Part shown: positions 28,400-36,748 of the stretch, piece after piece
Numbering within the stretch: the first letter of the stretch is position 1
Layout: each line of letters opens with the position of its first letter
Assembly: GCA_038045705.1 (NCBI GenBank)
Contig: JBBSXO010000003.1
Location: 32,001-96,000, forward strand
DNA from: Nanobdellota archaeon
GTDB taxonomy: Archaea; Nanobdellota; Nanobdellia; Pacearchaeales; GW2011-AR1
Reading direction: 5' to 3'
DNA: 64,000 nt
Notes under the pieces: generated by a model
The model's input: only the letters and a program-made list of their open reading frames with translations
Told to the model about the DNA's origin: nothing
The model's database searches: none
Position numbers and translations under genes: made by a program

Positions 28400-29899
28400 A
28401 TGAACAAATTAATAGATTCCTTATCTCAAATTGAAAGGACAATAATTCCTTATTTAAATAACCCTTTAGATGAAATAGTTAAAAAATCAGGTTTAGACAA
28501 AACAACTGTTTTAAGAGCATTAGGCTTTCTGGAAAGTAAAGGGTTCTTAAAGATAGAACGAAAGAGCAAGAAAATTGTAGACTTAGCAGTTAATGGAATC
28601 CATTATAAAAAGAACCATCTTCCTGAAAGAAAGTTGATTATTCAAATAGAAGAAAATAACAATAAAGACTTAAATGAAATAAAAAGTCTATCAAAATTAT
28701 CTGAAAATGAATTTAGAGCTGCTCTAGGAAATTTAAAGAAAAAAGCATTAATATCTCTCGAAAATGGAAAGTTAAAGATATCAGCATCTAAAGAAGAATG
28801 CTCAAGAAGATTTCAAGAAGAAATATTTTTAGAGAAATTACCGATCAATTTAGAAAATATTTCAGAACAGGATAAATCTGCATTAGAATCCTTAAAAAAT
28901 AGAAAAAACATAATAGAAATTATAGAAAAAAAAGATATATCTTTTAGTCTAACTGAATCTGGAAAAGAAATAGCAGGCAAAAAGATAAGTCTTGACTTAA
29001 TAGAAGAAGTAACTCCAGAATTAATAAAAACAGGAGTTGGAAATAAAAAATTTAGACGTTATGATTTTAATATAAAGATGCCATCTATATATGGCGGTAA
29101 AAAACATTTTGTCAATCAATCTATAGAGCAAGGAAAAAAAATATGGTTAGAGTTAGGTTTCAAAGAAATGAATGGAGATTATACTATAAATGGTTTTTGG
29201 AATTTTGATGCTTTATTTACTCCACAAGACCATCCAGTAAGAGAGATGCAAGATACATTTTTTATTAAAGGAGTTGAAGGAAAACTTCCAAACGAGAAGC
29301 TAGTATCTTCAGTTAAAAAAGCTCATGAAGAAGGCATAGATAACAGCAAGGGATGGAACTATAAATGGAATGAAAATGAAAGCAAAAAAGTTATGTTAAG
29401 GACACACACAACATGTTTATCTTCTAAAAAGTTATCAAATTTAAAAAAAGAGAATCTTCCAATAAAATTCTTCTCAGTAAATAAAGTTTTCAGAAACGAA
29501 ACACTAGATTGGAAACATGGGTTTGAATTCAATCAGGCAGAAGGAATAGTTATTGATCAAAACGCTAATTTCAGAAATTTAATAGGTTATCTAAAAGAAT
29601 TTGCAAAAAAGATGGGTTATGAAAAGATTAGAATTCAACCAAGTTATTTCCCCTATACAGAACCAAGTTTAGAAGGATCAATATGGAATAATGAAAGAAA
29701 AGAATGGGTAGAAGTTTTAGCTGCGGGAATATTCAGACCAGAAGTAACTGTTCCTCTTTTAGGCACGGCAATACCAGTACTAGCATGGGGCCCGGGTTTT
29801 GACAGATTAATGACTGAAGCTCATAAAATAAAAGATCTAAGGGAGTTATATAAAAACGATATAAATTATCTTAGAAACCATAACATCTTAATAAAATGA
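28400..29899 (+). CDS. pheS: Phenylalanyl-tRNA synthetase alpha subunit
   Basis: FWNFDALFTPQDHPVREMQDTF, LRTHTT, FRNE, YFPYTEPS, AWGPGFDRL. Confidence 0.97.
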   Translation: MNKLIDSLSQIERTIIPYLNNPLDEIVKKSGLDKTTVLRALGFLESKGFLKIERKSKKIVDLAVNGIHYKKNHLPERKLIIQIEENNNKDLNEIKSLSKLSENEFRAALGNLKKKALISLENGKLKISASKEECSRRFQEEIFLEKLPINLENISEQDKSALESLKNRKNIIEIIEKKDISFSLTESGKEIAGKKISLDLIEEVTPELIKTGVGNKKFRRYDFNIKMPSIYGGKKHFVNQSIEQGKKIWLELGFKEMNGDYTINGFWNFDALFTPQDHPVREMQDTFFIKGVEGKLPNEKLVSSVKKAHEEGIDNSKGWNYKWNENESKKVMLRTHTTCLSSKKLSNLKKENLPIKFFSVNKVFRNETLDWKHGFEFNQAEGIVIDQNANFRNLIGYLKEFAKKMGYEKIRIQPSYFPYTEPSLEGSIWNNERKEWVEVLAAGIFRPEVTVPLLGTAIPVLAWGPGFDRLMTEAHKIKDLRELYKNDINYLRNHNILIK

Positions 29900-31524
29900 C
29901 AAATATAATATTTTCAAGAAAAGAGTTTGAAAAACACATAAAGATTACTCCAGAAATACAAGAAAAAATAACTATGTTTGGAACACCACTTGAGAATATA
30001 AATGAAGAGGAGATAGAAATAGAAGTTTTGGCAAACAGACCAGATTTAATATCTCTTGATGGTTTTATTAGGTCTTTTAAAAGATTTTTAGGTAAGGAGT
30101 TTGGAATAAAAGAATATCTTATAAAAAAACCAGAGAGTAATTTCAAAGTTTATGTAGATAAATCTACAAAGGAAATAAGACCTTACGTATCTTGTGCAAT
30201 CATAAAGAAAATAAATTTCAACGAAGTTAAATTAAGAGATTTAATAAATTTGCAGGAAAAATTAGCTACAACATTAGGAAGAAATAGAAAAAAAGCAGGG
30301 ATCGGTATATATCCATTAGATAAAATAAATTTTCCATTAAAATATGAAGCTAGAGATCCAAAAGAAATAATTTTTAGACCTTTAGGGTATGATAAAGAAA
30401 TTAATGCTAAAGATATTTTAATAATGCACCCAACAGGTAGAAAATATGAGCATCTCTTAAAAGAAAGTAAAAAATATCCTATATTTATAGATTCAAAAAA
30501 GAACATTATTTCAATGCCCCCTATAATAAACTCTGAAGATTCTGGCAAAATAGATGTAAAAACAAAAGATCTGTTTATAGAATGCACTGGATTTGATAAA
30601 AATATAGTTGAAAAAACATTAACAATAATAGCAACATCTTTAGCTGAAGCAGGAGGAATTATCCATCAAGTAGAAATAATAGGTGAAGATAACGGCATCT
30701 TTCCAAAATTAGAAAAACAAAAAACAAAAATATCAATAAATAATGTCAACAAACTATTAGGTATAAATTTAAACGAAAATCAGATGCAAAAACTAATTGA
30801 AAAAATGGGTCATAATTATAAAAAAGGCATAGTTGAAAGCCCTTCATGGAGAGTAGATATCTTACATGAAGTAGATATCATAGAAGATATAGCTATAGCT
30901 TATGGTTATGAAAATTTAGTTCCTGAAATGCCTAATATTTCAACGTCAGGAGAAGAATCTAAAGAAAGCATAGTAAAGAGAAAATTGTCTGAGATTTTAT
31001 TAGGTCTAAACATGTTAGAAATATCAACATATCATCTAATAAAACCACAAGAAGTCGAAGATTATAACCTAAAAGAGTCACTTGAACTTTTAGATTCTAA
31101 GAATGAGTACAAATATCTTAGACCAAACCTTCTTGTTCCAATGTTGAGAATATTATCTGAAAATAAAGATTCAGAATATCCTCAAAAACTTTTTGAAATA
31201 GGCAGAATATTTAACAAAAACATCCAAAAAGAAAATGGAATAGAAGAAAGGGATAATCTGATACTAAGCATAATTCCTGCCAATGCAACAGAAATAAAGA
31301 AACATATAGATTATCTATTTAAAATGTTAAATCTAGATTACCAAATAAAAGAGTTAATAAAACCAGAGTTAATAGAAGGAAGAGCATGTTCTATCATATT
31401 AAACAATAATCACATAGGCTACTTTGGAGAGATCCACCCAAACATACTAAGAAGTCAAGGAATCAACATGCCTTTAGCCGTAGCGGAGATATCTTTAGAA
31501 GAAATTTATGACTTAATTAATTAA
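29896..31524 (+). CDS. pheT: Phenylalanyl-tRNA synthetase beta subunit
   Basis: ANRPDL, LQEKL..TLGRNRK, SMPPIINS, RVDILHEVDIIEDIAIAYGY. Confidence 0.95.
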   Translation: MTNIIFSRKEFEKHIKITPEIQEKITMFGTPLENINEEEIEIEVLANRPDLISLDGFIRSFKRFLGKEFGIKEYLIKKPESNFKVYVDKSTKEIRPYVSCAIIKKINFNEVKLRDLINLQEKLATTLGRNRKKAGIGIYPLDKINFPLKYEARDPKEIIFRPLGYDKEINAKDILIMHPTGRKYEHLLKESKKYPIFIDSKKNIISMPPIINSEDSGKIDVKTKDLFIECTGFDKNIVEKTLTIIATSLAEAGGIIHQVEIIGEDNGIFPKLEKQKTKISINNVNKLLGINLNENQMQKLIEKMGHNYKKGIVESPSWRVDILHEVDIIEDIAIAYGYENLVPEMPNISTSGEESKESIVKRKLSEILLGLNMLEISTYHLIKPQEVEDYNLKESLELLDSKNEYKYLRPNLLVPMLRILSENKDSEYPQKLFEIGRIFNKNIQKENGIEERDNLILSIIPANATEIKKHIDYLFKMLNLDYQIKELIKPELIEGRACSIILNNNHIGYFGEIHPNILRSQGINMPLAVAEISLEEIYDLIN

Positions 31525-31996
31525 AATAATCCCTACTTATTTTATTTGGACTAGGAGTTTTCCTCTTTAAATTTTTCTCAAGAATTTTTATAATAGAAAG
31601 AACCTCATCTTTCTTTTTATTCCAAACATCAAATATCTTAGTTATTAATTTAGATTCATCATTTTCAGTAGAATGGACATCAAGCACATGAGATGCAATT
31701 TCTATTTCAACAAAAGAATTCAAAACAGAATCAATAATCTTTCTATCATCAGAACTTATTTCTTTAAGCAACATAAGTAATATGGGCGAAGCCTGTGAAG
31801 GGTTAATCATTACTTCAACTAACTTTAAATAATAAACAAATTTCTCAACCATGGTCCTTCTTATATCTCTAAGTAAATTACCCGAATCCCTTCTAATCCT
31901 GCCAATATCAAATGCGGAGTTCATTTCATCAAAAGCAGGAAGATCATACTTTTTCTGCAATAAAAGATATTTCTGTCTAAAGTCCTCAAGTTTCAT
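31517..31996 (-). CDS. Hypothetical helical protein
   Basis: Probable start ATG 31996 (MKLEDFRQKY). Confidence 0.7.
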   Translation of the reverse strand: MKLEDFRQKYLLLQKKYDLPAFDEMNSAFDIGRIRRDSGNLLRDIRRTMVEKFVYYLKLVEVMINPSQASPILLMLLKEISSDDRKIIDSVLNSFVEIEIASHVLDVHSTENDESKLITKIFDVWNKKKDEVLSIIKILEKNLKRKTPSPNKISRDYFN

Positions 31997-32075
31997 AAAA
32001 CCTATTAAAATAATCAATATAAAAATGCATCTACACAAGAAAACTTTAAAACACAACATTACAAAGTAAAATCAT

Positions 32076-32195
32076 GCCTCCGTAGCTCAGCCGGTAGAGT
32101 GCGTCCTTGGTATCTTGCTACTCCACAGCAAGAGAGTAGAAAGAAAAGATAAGACAAACAGGACGAGGTCCCGGGTTCAATCCCCGGCGGAGGCT
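32076..32195 (+). tRNA. tRNA-Thr(GGU) with 47-nt intron (32113..32159)
   Basis: GCCTCCG/CGGAGGC acceptor, CGTCC-TT-GGT-A[intron]A-GGACG, GTTCAATCC; relaxed BHB. Confidence 0.9.
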
Positions 32196-32618
32196 TATTT
32201 TAATCAATTCAACTAGTTGAATTGATTCTCACCGAGAAAATCCAGGAAAACGCATATGTCCTTCAGGTATAATTTTATAATGTTCTAATTTAACTATAAT
32301 AGTTCTAATAAATAGCAATTCAAATAAAACTCCAAATAATATCGCCGACCAGAATCCCATCTGAATTACAGTATCATTCTTTATTTGAACACCAGTAATC
32401 ATCAATCCAATAGCTCCAAGCATCAGTCCCAACATGTTCATGGTGTCTAATATATCTCCCATATTTTTGAGACCTAAATGACATATAAAAATATACTTGT
32501 TGTAGAAAGGTAAATAAACTTCTAAATCCTACAAATAATACATCACGAGACTAAACAGGTTCAAAGCCACTAGTGGGGTTCCTGAAAAGTTCAAAGCCAA
32601 ATGGAGGCTTATTTTAAT
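32189..32618. mobile_element. tRNA-Thr-anchored mini-island remnant (~430 bp)
   Basis: 16-bp direct repeat GGAGGCTTATTTTAAT at 32189..32204 and 32603..32618. Confidence 0.75.
32229..32462 (-). CDS. Small two-TM membrane protein
   Basis: 77 aa, two hydrophobic helices, inside mini-island. Confidence 0.6.
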   Translation of the reverse strand: MGDILDTMNMLGLMLGAIGLMITGVQIKNDTVIQMGFWSAILFGVLFELLFIRTIIVKLEHYKIIPEGHMRFPGFSR

Positions 32619-32877
32619 TAAATAGAGAATTAATTACATAAGCAATTGCAACACCTGTTGAGGTAACAAACTGACCGAGCATAACCTTGTCCATATATCC
32701 GAAATGAAATCCTTGATAGTCTTGGTTTCTTGTCTGTTTTATAATCGGCCAAGCTCTTATCCCATAATTCCAGAGACCATATAATGGTATAAAGTCTTTA
32801 GGATCCTTTCCAACTTTATTCTCTAAAGTCTTCCAATTTCTTGTTGTTTGGACCTGTAATCTTTCTTGATCTTCCAT
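32614..32877 (-). CDS. Hypothetical protein with C-terminal hydrophobic segment
   Basis: 87-aa ORF with upstream TATA. Confidence 0.55.
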   Translation of the reverse strand: MEDQERLQVQTTRNWKTLENKVGKDPKDFIPLYGLWNYGIRAWPIIKQTRNQDYQGFHFGYMDKVMLGQFVTSTGVAIAYVINSLFN

Positions 32878-33010
32878 ACTTTTCTATCTAACTTGCTTTT
32901 TTAAATCTTTCTTAATAGTTCGATAAAATAACAAGGTAAATAAAATACCAACTCCTAAAGACATCAGGTCCATACTACATTTAAGAACTTAAATTTAGTC
33001 AATTATCCCT

Positions 33011-33478
33011 ATGGGAAATATCTTACATTTTGACAGATTTCCAGAGTTAGAAGAATTAAAAATAAAAATAAAAATAGAAACAGAATTAGAAAAGAAATTT
33101 AATCCAATACAAGTTTATTCCACAAGATCTATCCCAGGAGACAAAAGCTGTACTTATTCATGGTGGTATCTTGATAAAGAAGTGGCAGATCTAACAGGTT
33201 TAGCCAATGTCAAAGAAAATCTTAGAATAACCTTAAATCCATTATATAATACAAACCAATGGGACTTAGAACATACCTGTAGTCCTGATAGTACTAATCA
33301 GATAATGCAATATAGAAGAGATATAATTTTGAGAGATAAAAGAACGGCACAAGATATGTATGTAACAATTGAAGAAAAATTAAGCAATTCATTAGGAAAT
33401 CCAATAAAAAGAGCTGATGATGTCTTAATATGGTATGTAAAAAGAATCAACCAGTTTCAGGAAGCCACTCATTCTTAA
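33011..33478 (+). CDS. Hypothetical protein
   Basis: 155-aa ORF. Confidence 0.6.
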   Translation: MGNILHFDRFPELEELKIKIKIETELEKKFNPIQVYSTRSIPGDKSCTYSWWYLDKEVADLTGLANVKENLRITLNPLYNTNQWDLEHTCSPDSTNQIMQYRRDIILRDKRTAQDMYVTIEEKLSNSLGNPIKRADDVLIWYVKRINQFQEATHS

Positions 33479-33650
33479 CAACATAACTCGCAATAGATAA
33501 AGTTTTCTCAAATAAGTTAGCTATCCAAGAAGAATATTCAACAATAAAATGTTCTCTATTTTCAGATATACCTAGAGCAAGGTTCTGATTACTTACTATA
33601 AGCAAAGCACCTATTAAAAAAATCTTCATTAATATTAAAAATATTTTCAT
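33447..33650 (-). CDS. Small membrane protein
   Basis: 67 aa, N-terminal TM, ends EWLP; coupled to 33653..33955. Confidence 0.6.
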   Translation of the reverse strand: MKIFLILMKIFLIGALLIVSNQNLALGISENREHFIVEYSSWIANLFEKTLSIASYVVKNEWLPETG

Positions 33651-33652
33651 TT

Positions 33653-33955
33653 TTAAGATGAAATGTTAGTAACATTCCAATCAAGAGTCGCTTTTCCAGT
33701 AATAGAAGCAGTAGTTTTACCAAAATTCACAAGCCAAGAAGTATAAGCTTTAGCACCTGTAATGAATCCCTCAAAAGAATTAAGGTTTATCTGATTTGCA
33801 TTAACAACTTTGAAGAAAGAGAACAGAACAAAAATAAGCAAAACCGCAATCAAATAAGTCCACCATCTTTCATATCTAAATGATGTAATCTTAAAAAATA
33901 GAAATACTGCAATAATTATCAACCCAATAAACACTAAATTCACCATTTTTATCAA
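33653..33955 (-). CDS. Two-TM membrane protein
   Basis: 100 aa, two TMs, SITGKA motif near C-terminus. Confidence 0.7.
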   Translation of the reverse strand: MIKMVNLVFIGLIIIAVFLFFKITSFRYERWWTYLIAVLLIFVLFSFFKVVNANQINLNSFEGFITGAKAYTSWLVNFGKTTASITGKATLDWNVTNISS

Positions 33956-33997
33956 AAAAGTAACATTTTGGTTGTATAAATATCTTACTAAATTAAA

Positions 33998-34040
33998 GGC
34001 AGGTAACAGAGGGGTTTTAGGGATCTCTCTGTTCCCCGCC
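33998..34040 (-). other. GC-rich hairpin immediately 3' of tRNA-Glu(CUC)
   Basis: Minus strand GGCGGGGAACAGAGAG-ATCCCTAAAA-CCCCTCTGTTACCTGCC. Confidence 0.6.
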
Positions 34041-34042
34041 TA

Positions 34043-34215
34043 TGCCCCTGCCGGGATTTGAACCCGGGTTTCGGCCGTTCTCCACTATCGCTTACGCGAC
34101 AGCCTGAGGACCATGCTGCTCTTGACGAGCACAGATATAGTCTCAGCGACATCACCTCGCATGCTGGTAAACCAGTTCGAGAGGGCCGTGTCCTTGACCA
34201 CTAGACTACAAGGGC
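34043..34215 (-). tRNA. tRNA-Glu(CUC) with 100-nt structured intron (34078..34177)
   Basis: Exons nearly identical to tRNA-Glu(UUC); CGGCC-CT-CTC-G[intron]C-GGCCG; CTCT:GGAG BHB helix. Confidence 0.92.
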
Positions 34216-34255
34216 AACAATTAGGATTAAATGAGGCTCTTTAAAAAGTTAGCCA

Positions 34256-34825
34256 TTAAATAGAAAGAAGTATAAAAATTCCAATAGCATTTCCAATATA
34301 GCTCATTAACATGAATCCATAATGATGAATTTTAGTAAACCCAGCAAGCATTGCAACTGCAAGTTCATCAGGCAATGGAGAAGCAATAATCAAAATAACT
34401 AAAACATAAACAAAAAAACTTCTAAATTTCTTAGGAACAATCATTCTAACACCAGTTGCAATATGTCTTATGAAAGAAGTATGTTTCAATTGTTTGAATT
34501 CATCATTAAAAGAGAGCCTCATAAAAGAAAATATCCCTAAATCAGCAATTAGAGCCCCAATAGCTCCAATTCCTGCAGCCAGATAAATATTGCTTGGATC
34601 CGATGCAAGAAGAAAACCAGTAGCAATTGGTGTAGTAAAACCAGCTGAAAAAAGTAAACCTGCTAAAAATATAGATAAGTAGAACAAATTATTCATACTT
34701 GCAATAAATCCAGATACAACAGACATCTGAAAAACAAAGTAAGCTAAAATTATAGCAATAACATATAGCGTAAGTTTAGGATATGTAAAAATAAAAAGCC
34801 TCTTCATAAAACCAAACAGTCTCAA
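34256..34825 (-). CDS. Multi-pass membrane protein (DedA/VTT-like)
   Basis: FSAGFTTPIA, GAIGALIADLGIF, IIASPLPDELAV. Confidence 0.7.
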   Translation of the reverse strand: MRLFGFMKRLFIFTYPKLTLYVIAIILAYFVFQMSVVSGFIASMNNLFYLSIFLAGLLFSAGFTTPIATGFLLASDPSNIYLAAGIGAIGALIADLGIFSFMRLSFNDEFKQLKHTSFIRHIATGVRMIVPKKFRSFFVYVLVILIIASPLPDELAVAMLAGFTKIHHYGFMLMSYIGNAIGIFILLSI

Positions 34826-34968
34826 TAAATTATAAACTTAACTAAAATAGCCCCACCAACTACCAAACAAAAAGTTATTTATTAGGCTTTTTGATGGTTC
34901 TACTCTTAAAAAATGTTGTACTGCCTCCTACCACACTCATTTATATGCTCCAATTAGTTAAATTTTTT

Positions 34969-35685
34969 ATGGAAAATAAAGTTATTATAAGAATAGATGA
35001 TATTGGAAGGAAAAACTATTCTATAGTAATTAAACAAATGTTAGAAGAACTAAGCAAAAGAAAAATGCCATTTACTCTTGGAGTGATTGCTTCTGAACTT
35101 GAAGATGATAATAACTATATAGTTTCTTTAAAAGAGACTGTTGCGAAGAATAAATCTGAATTTGCTTTACATGGTTATTACCATAAAAAAGATGTAGATG
35201 GAAATCCTGAATTTAAAGAACTCTCCAAAGAAGATGCAAGTAAGTTGATTCATGCTGGTAAAACTATTATGCAAGAAAAGTTGGAGATAACGCCCATTAC
35301 ATTTATTCCACCGTGGAATGTTGCTTCTTACGGAACAAAAGAAGCCCTTATAGAAGAAAAATTTACTACATTCTCTGGAGATAAAGATGAATTTGAAAAA
35401 TCTAAATTGTTTTTTATTGGTTATAACGTGGCTACTGCTAATTTTCAACCACATATATTAGTTACACTTACACAAATTAAAGAAGACTGTGAGAAAAGTT
35501 TTGAAAAGAGAGGATATTGTGTAATCATGATTCATCCTCAAGATTACTTAATTGATGATGTGGGAGACAAACATAAGCAAGATATTGATTCTGAAAAATA
35601 TCAACAATTTATTCATCTTTTAGACTATTTGGAAGATAAAAAAAGACATTTCACAACATTTAGTGAAATGTCTAAGAAATTCTAA
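34969..35685 (+). CDS. Polysaccharide deacetylase/DUF2334 (NodB-fold) protein
   Basis: IIRIDD, ALHGYYH, FIPPWN, IMIHPQD; start moved to ATG 34969. Confidence 0.85.
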   Translation: MENKVIIRIDDIGRKNYSIVIKQMLEELSKRKMPFTLGVIASELEDDNNYIVSLKETVAKNKSEFALHGYYHKKDVDGNPEFKELSKEDASKLIHAGKTIMQEKLEITPITFIPPWNVASYGTKEALIEEKFTTFSGDKDEFEKSKLFFIGYNVATANFQPHILVTLTQIKEDCEKSFEKRGYCVIMIHPQDYLIDDVGDKHKQDIDSEKYQQFIHLLDYLEDKKRHFTTFSEMSKKF

Positions 35686-35791
35686 ATAGCAGTATATGTT
35701 AAGGTTTACACTGAATAGCCAGTAGTTCGATTCTGATATCGCCTATATTTTGAAAAGATAATTTTATAATAATCATTTTCTTTGAAATAGT

Positions 35792-36442
35792 ATGAATAAG
35801 AAAACACTTCATAAAAAGTGGTATTTTCGATTGCTTCAAATAATCTTTTTGGGCTTTTTCATATTCTTTATAATTGTAGGTTTTCGAGGTATTTTTTACG
35901 GAGATGGTGAGCCATTTGTTGGATTCATCTTTGCAGGCATTTTAGCTATCGTGTACTGGCTAATCATGAGAAATAAAGGTTCAATAGGTGGTTTCGTTTT
36001 TGGTGTAATACTTGGCCTTCTTTTATTATTTATAATATCTAAACTTAATCCGGGAGACGAAATAGCTGGAATAGTGATATTTACCCTATTAATAAGCGGA
36101 TTATTTTTTGCTTTCATGGGATATTTAATTCAAAATAAATTTACAAAGAAGAAAATGAAAATGAAAAAATATACATGGAGAAATTGCATAGAATATCTTA
36201 AAGATAATCCTAATGGATATTGGTTTAAGAGAAAATTATATGGTTGGGGTTGGGTGCCTGTTAAGTGGCAAGGATGGCTTGTAGTATTTATATCTCTAGC
36301 CATTGGTATCACAGGCATTTATTTTTCAGAGCTTGATGATGCTCCTGGAGGAGTTATTATAAGCATACTACTTATGATTGCAATTATATTTGCTTTTGGT
36401 TATTGGAAAGGCGAGAAACCTAAATGGAGTTGGGGAATATAG
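35792..36442 (+). CDS. Multi-pass membrane protein, apparently chimeric
   Basis: Three Met-initiated 2-TM modules; last is YWFKRKLYGWGWVP..WQGW type. Confidence 0.7.
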   Translation: MNKKTLHKKWYFRLLQIIFLGFFIFFIIVGFRGIFYGDGEPFVGFIFAGILAIVYWLIMRNKGSIGGFVFGVILGLLLLFIISKLNPGDEIAGIVIFTLLISGLFFAFMGYLIQNKFTKKKMKMKKYTWRNCIEYLKDNPNGYWFKRKLYGWGWVPVKWQGWLVVFISLAIGITGIYFSELDDAPGGVIISILLMIAIIFAFGYWKGEKPKWSWGI

Positions 36443-36567
36443 GTAATCTTTAAGTTCTTAGAACATATAGGATGAATTATTTTACACCAAGTTAATTGCC
36501 AAGTAACTCTTAGTTTATTCGAAATAATGGTTTAAACCATTTCTAGACTACCTAACTTTTAGTTGGA

Positions 36568-36640
36568 TAGCCCCACTCGGATTCGAACCGAGGTTTCAGC
36601 CGCCAGAGGGCTGCGAACTTGACCACTATTCGATGGGGCT
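36568..36640 (-). tRNA. tRNA-Gln(CUG)
   Basis: AGCCCCA/TGGGGCT (A1-U72), CAGCC-CT-CTG-GC-GGCTG, GTTCGAATC. Confidence 0.95.
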
Positions 36641-36748
36641 ATAAAACAATCCAACAAAATAGGTTTAAAACTATTCCGATTAAAAAAATTCTAAGAAAAT
36701 CAAAAAAATACAATTAAAGTTAAATATTAGTTAGCTCAAAAAAGAAAC

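Larger units (their letters stand above)
34847..36576. mobile_element. Possible tRNA-Gln-anchored mini-island (~1.7 kb)
   Basis: 10-bp direct repeat ATAGCCCCAC at 34847..34856 and 36567..36576 (tRNA-Gln 3' end). Confidence 0.5.

Noticed and set aside
34143-34156. Box C/D-like GTGATGT..CTGA in the Glu intron
   Set aside because: Only 2 nt separate the boxes, leaving no guide region, and both are better explained by hairpins; not called a C/D sRNA
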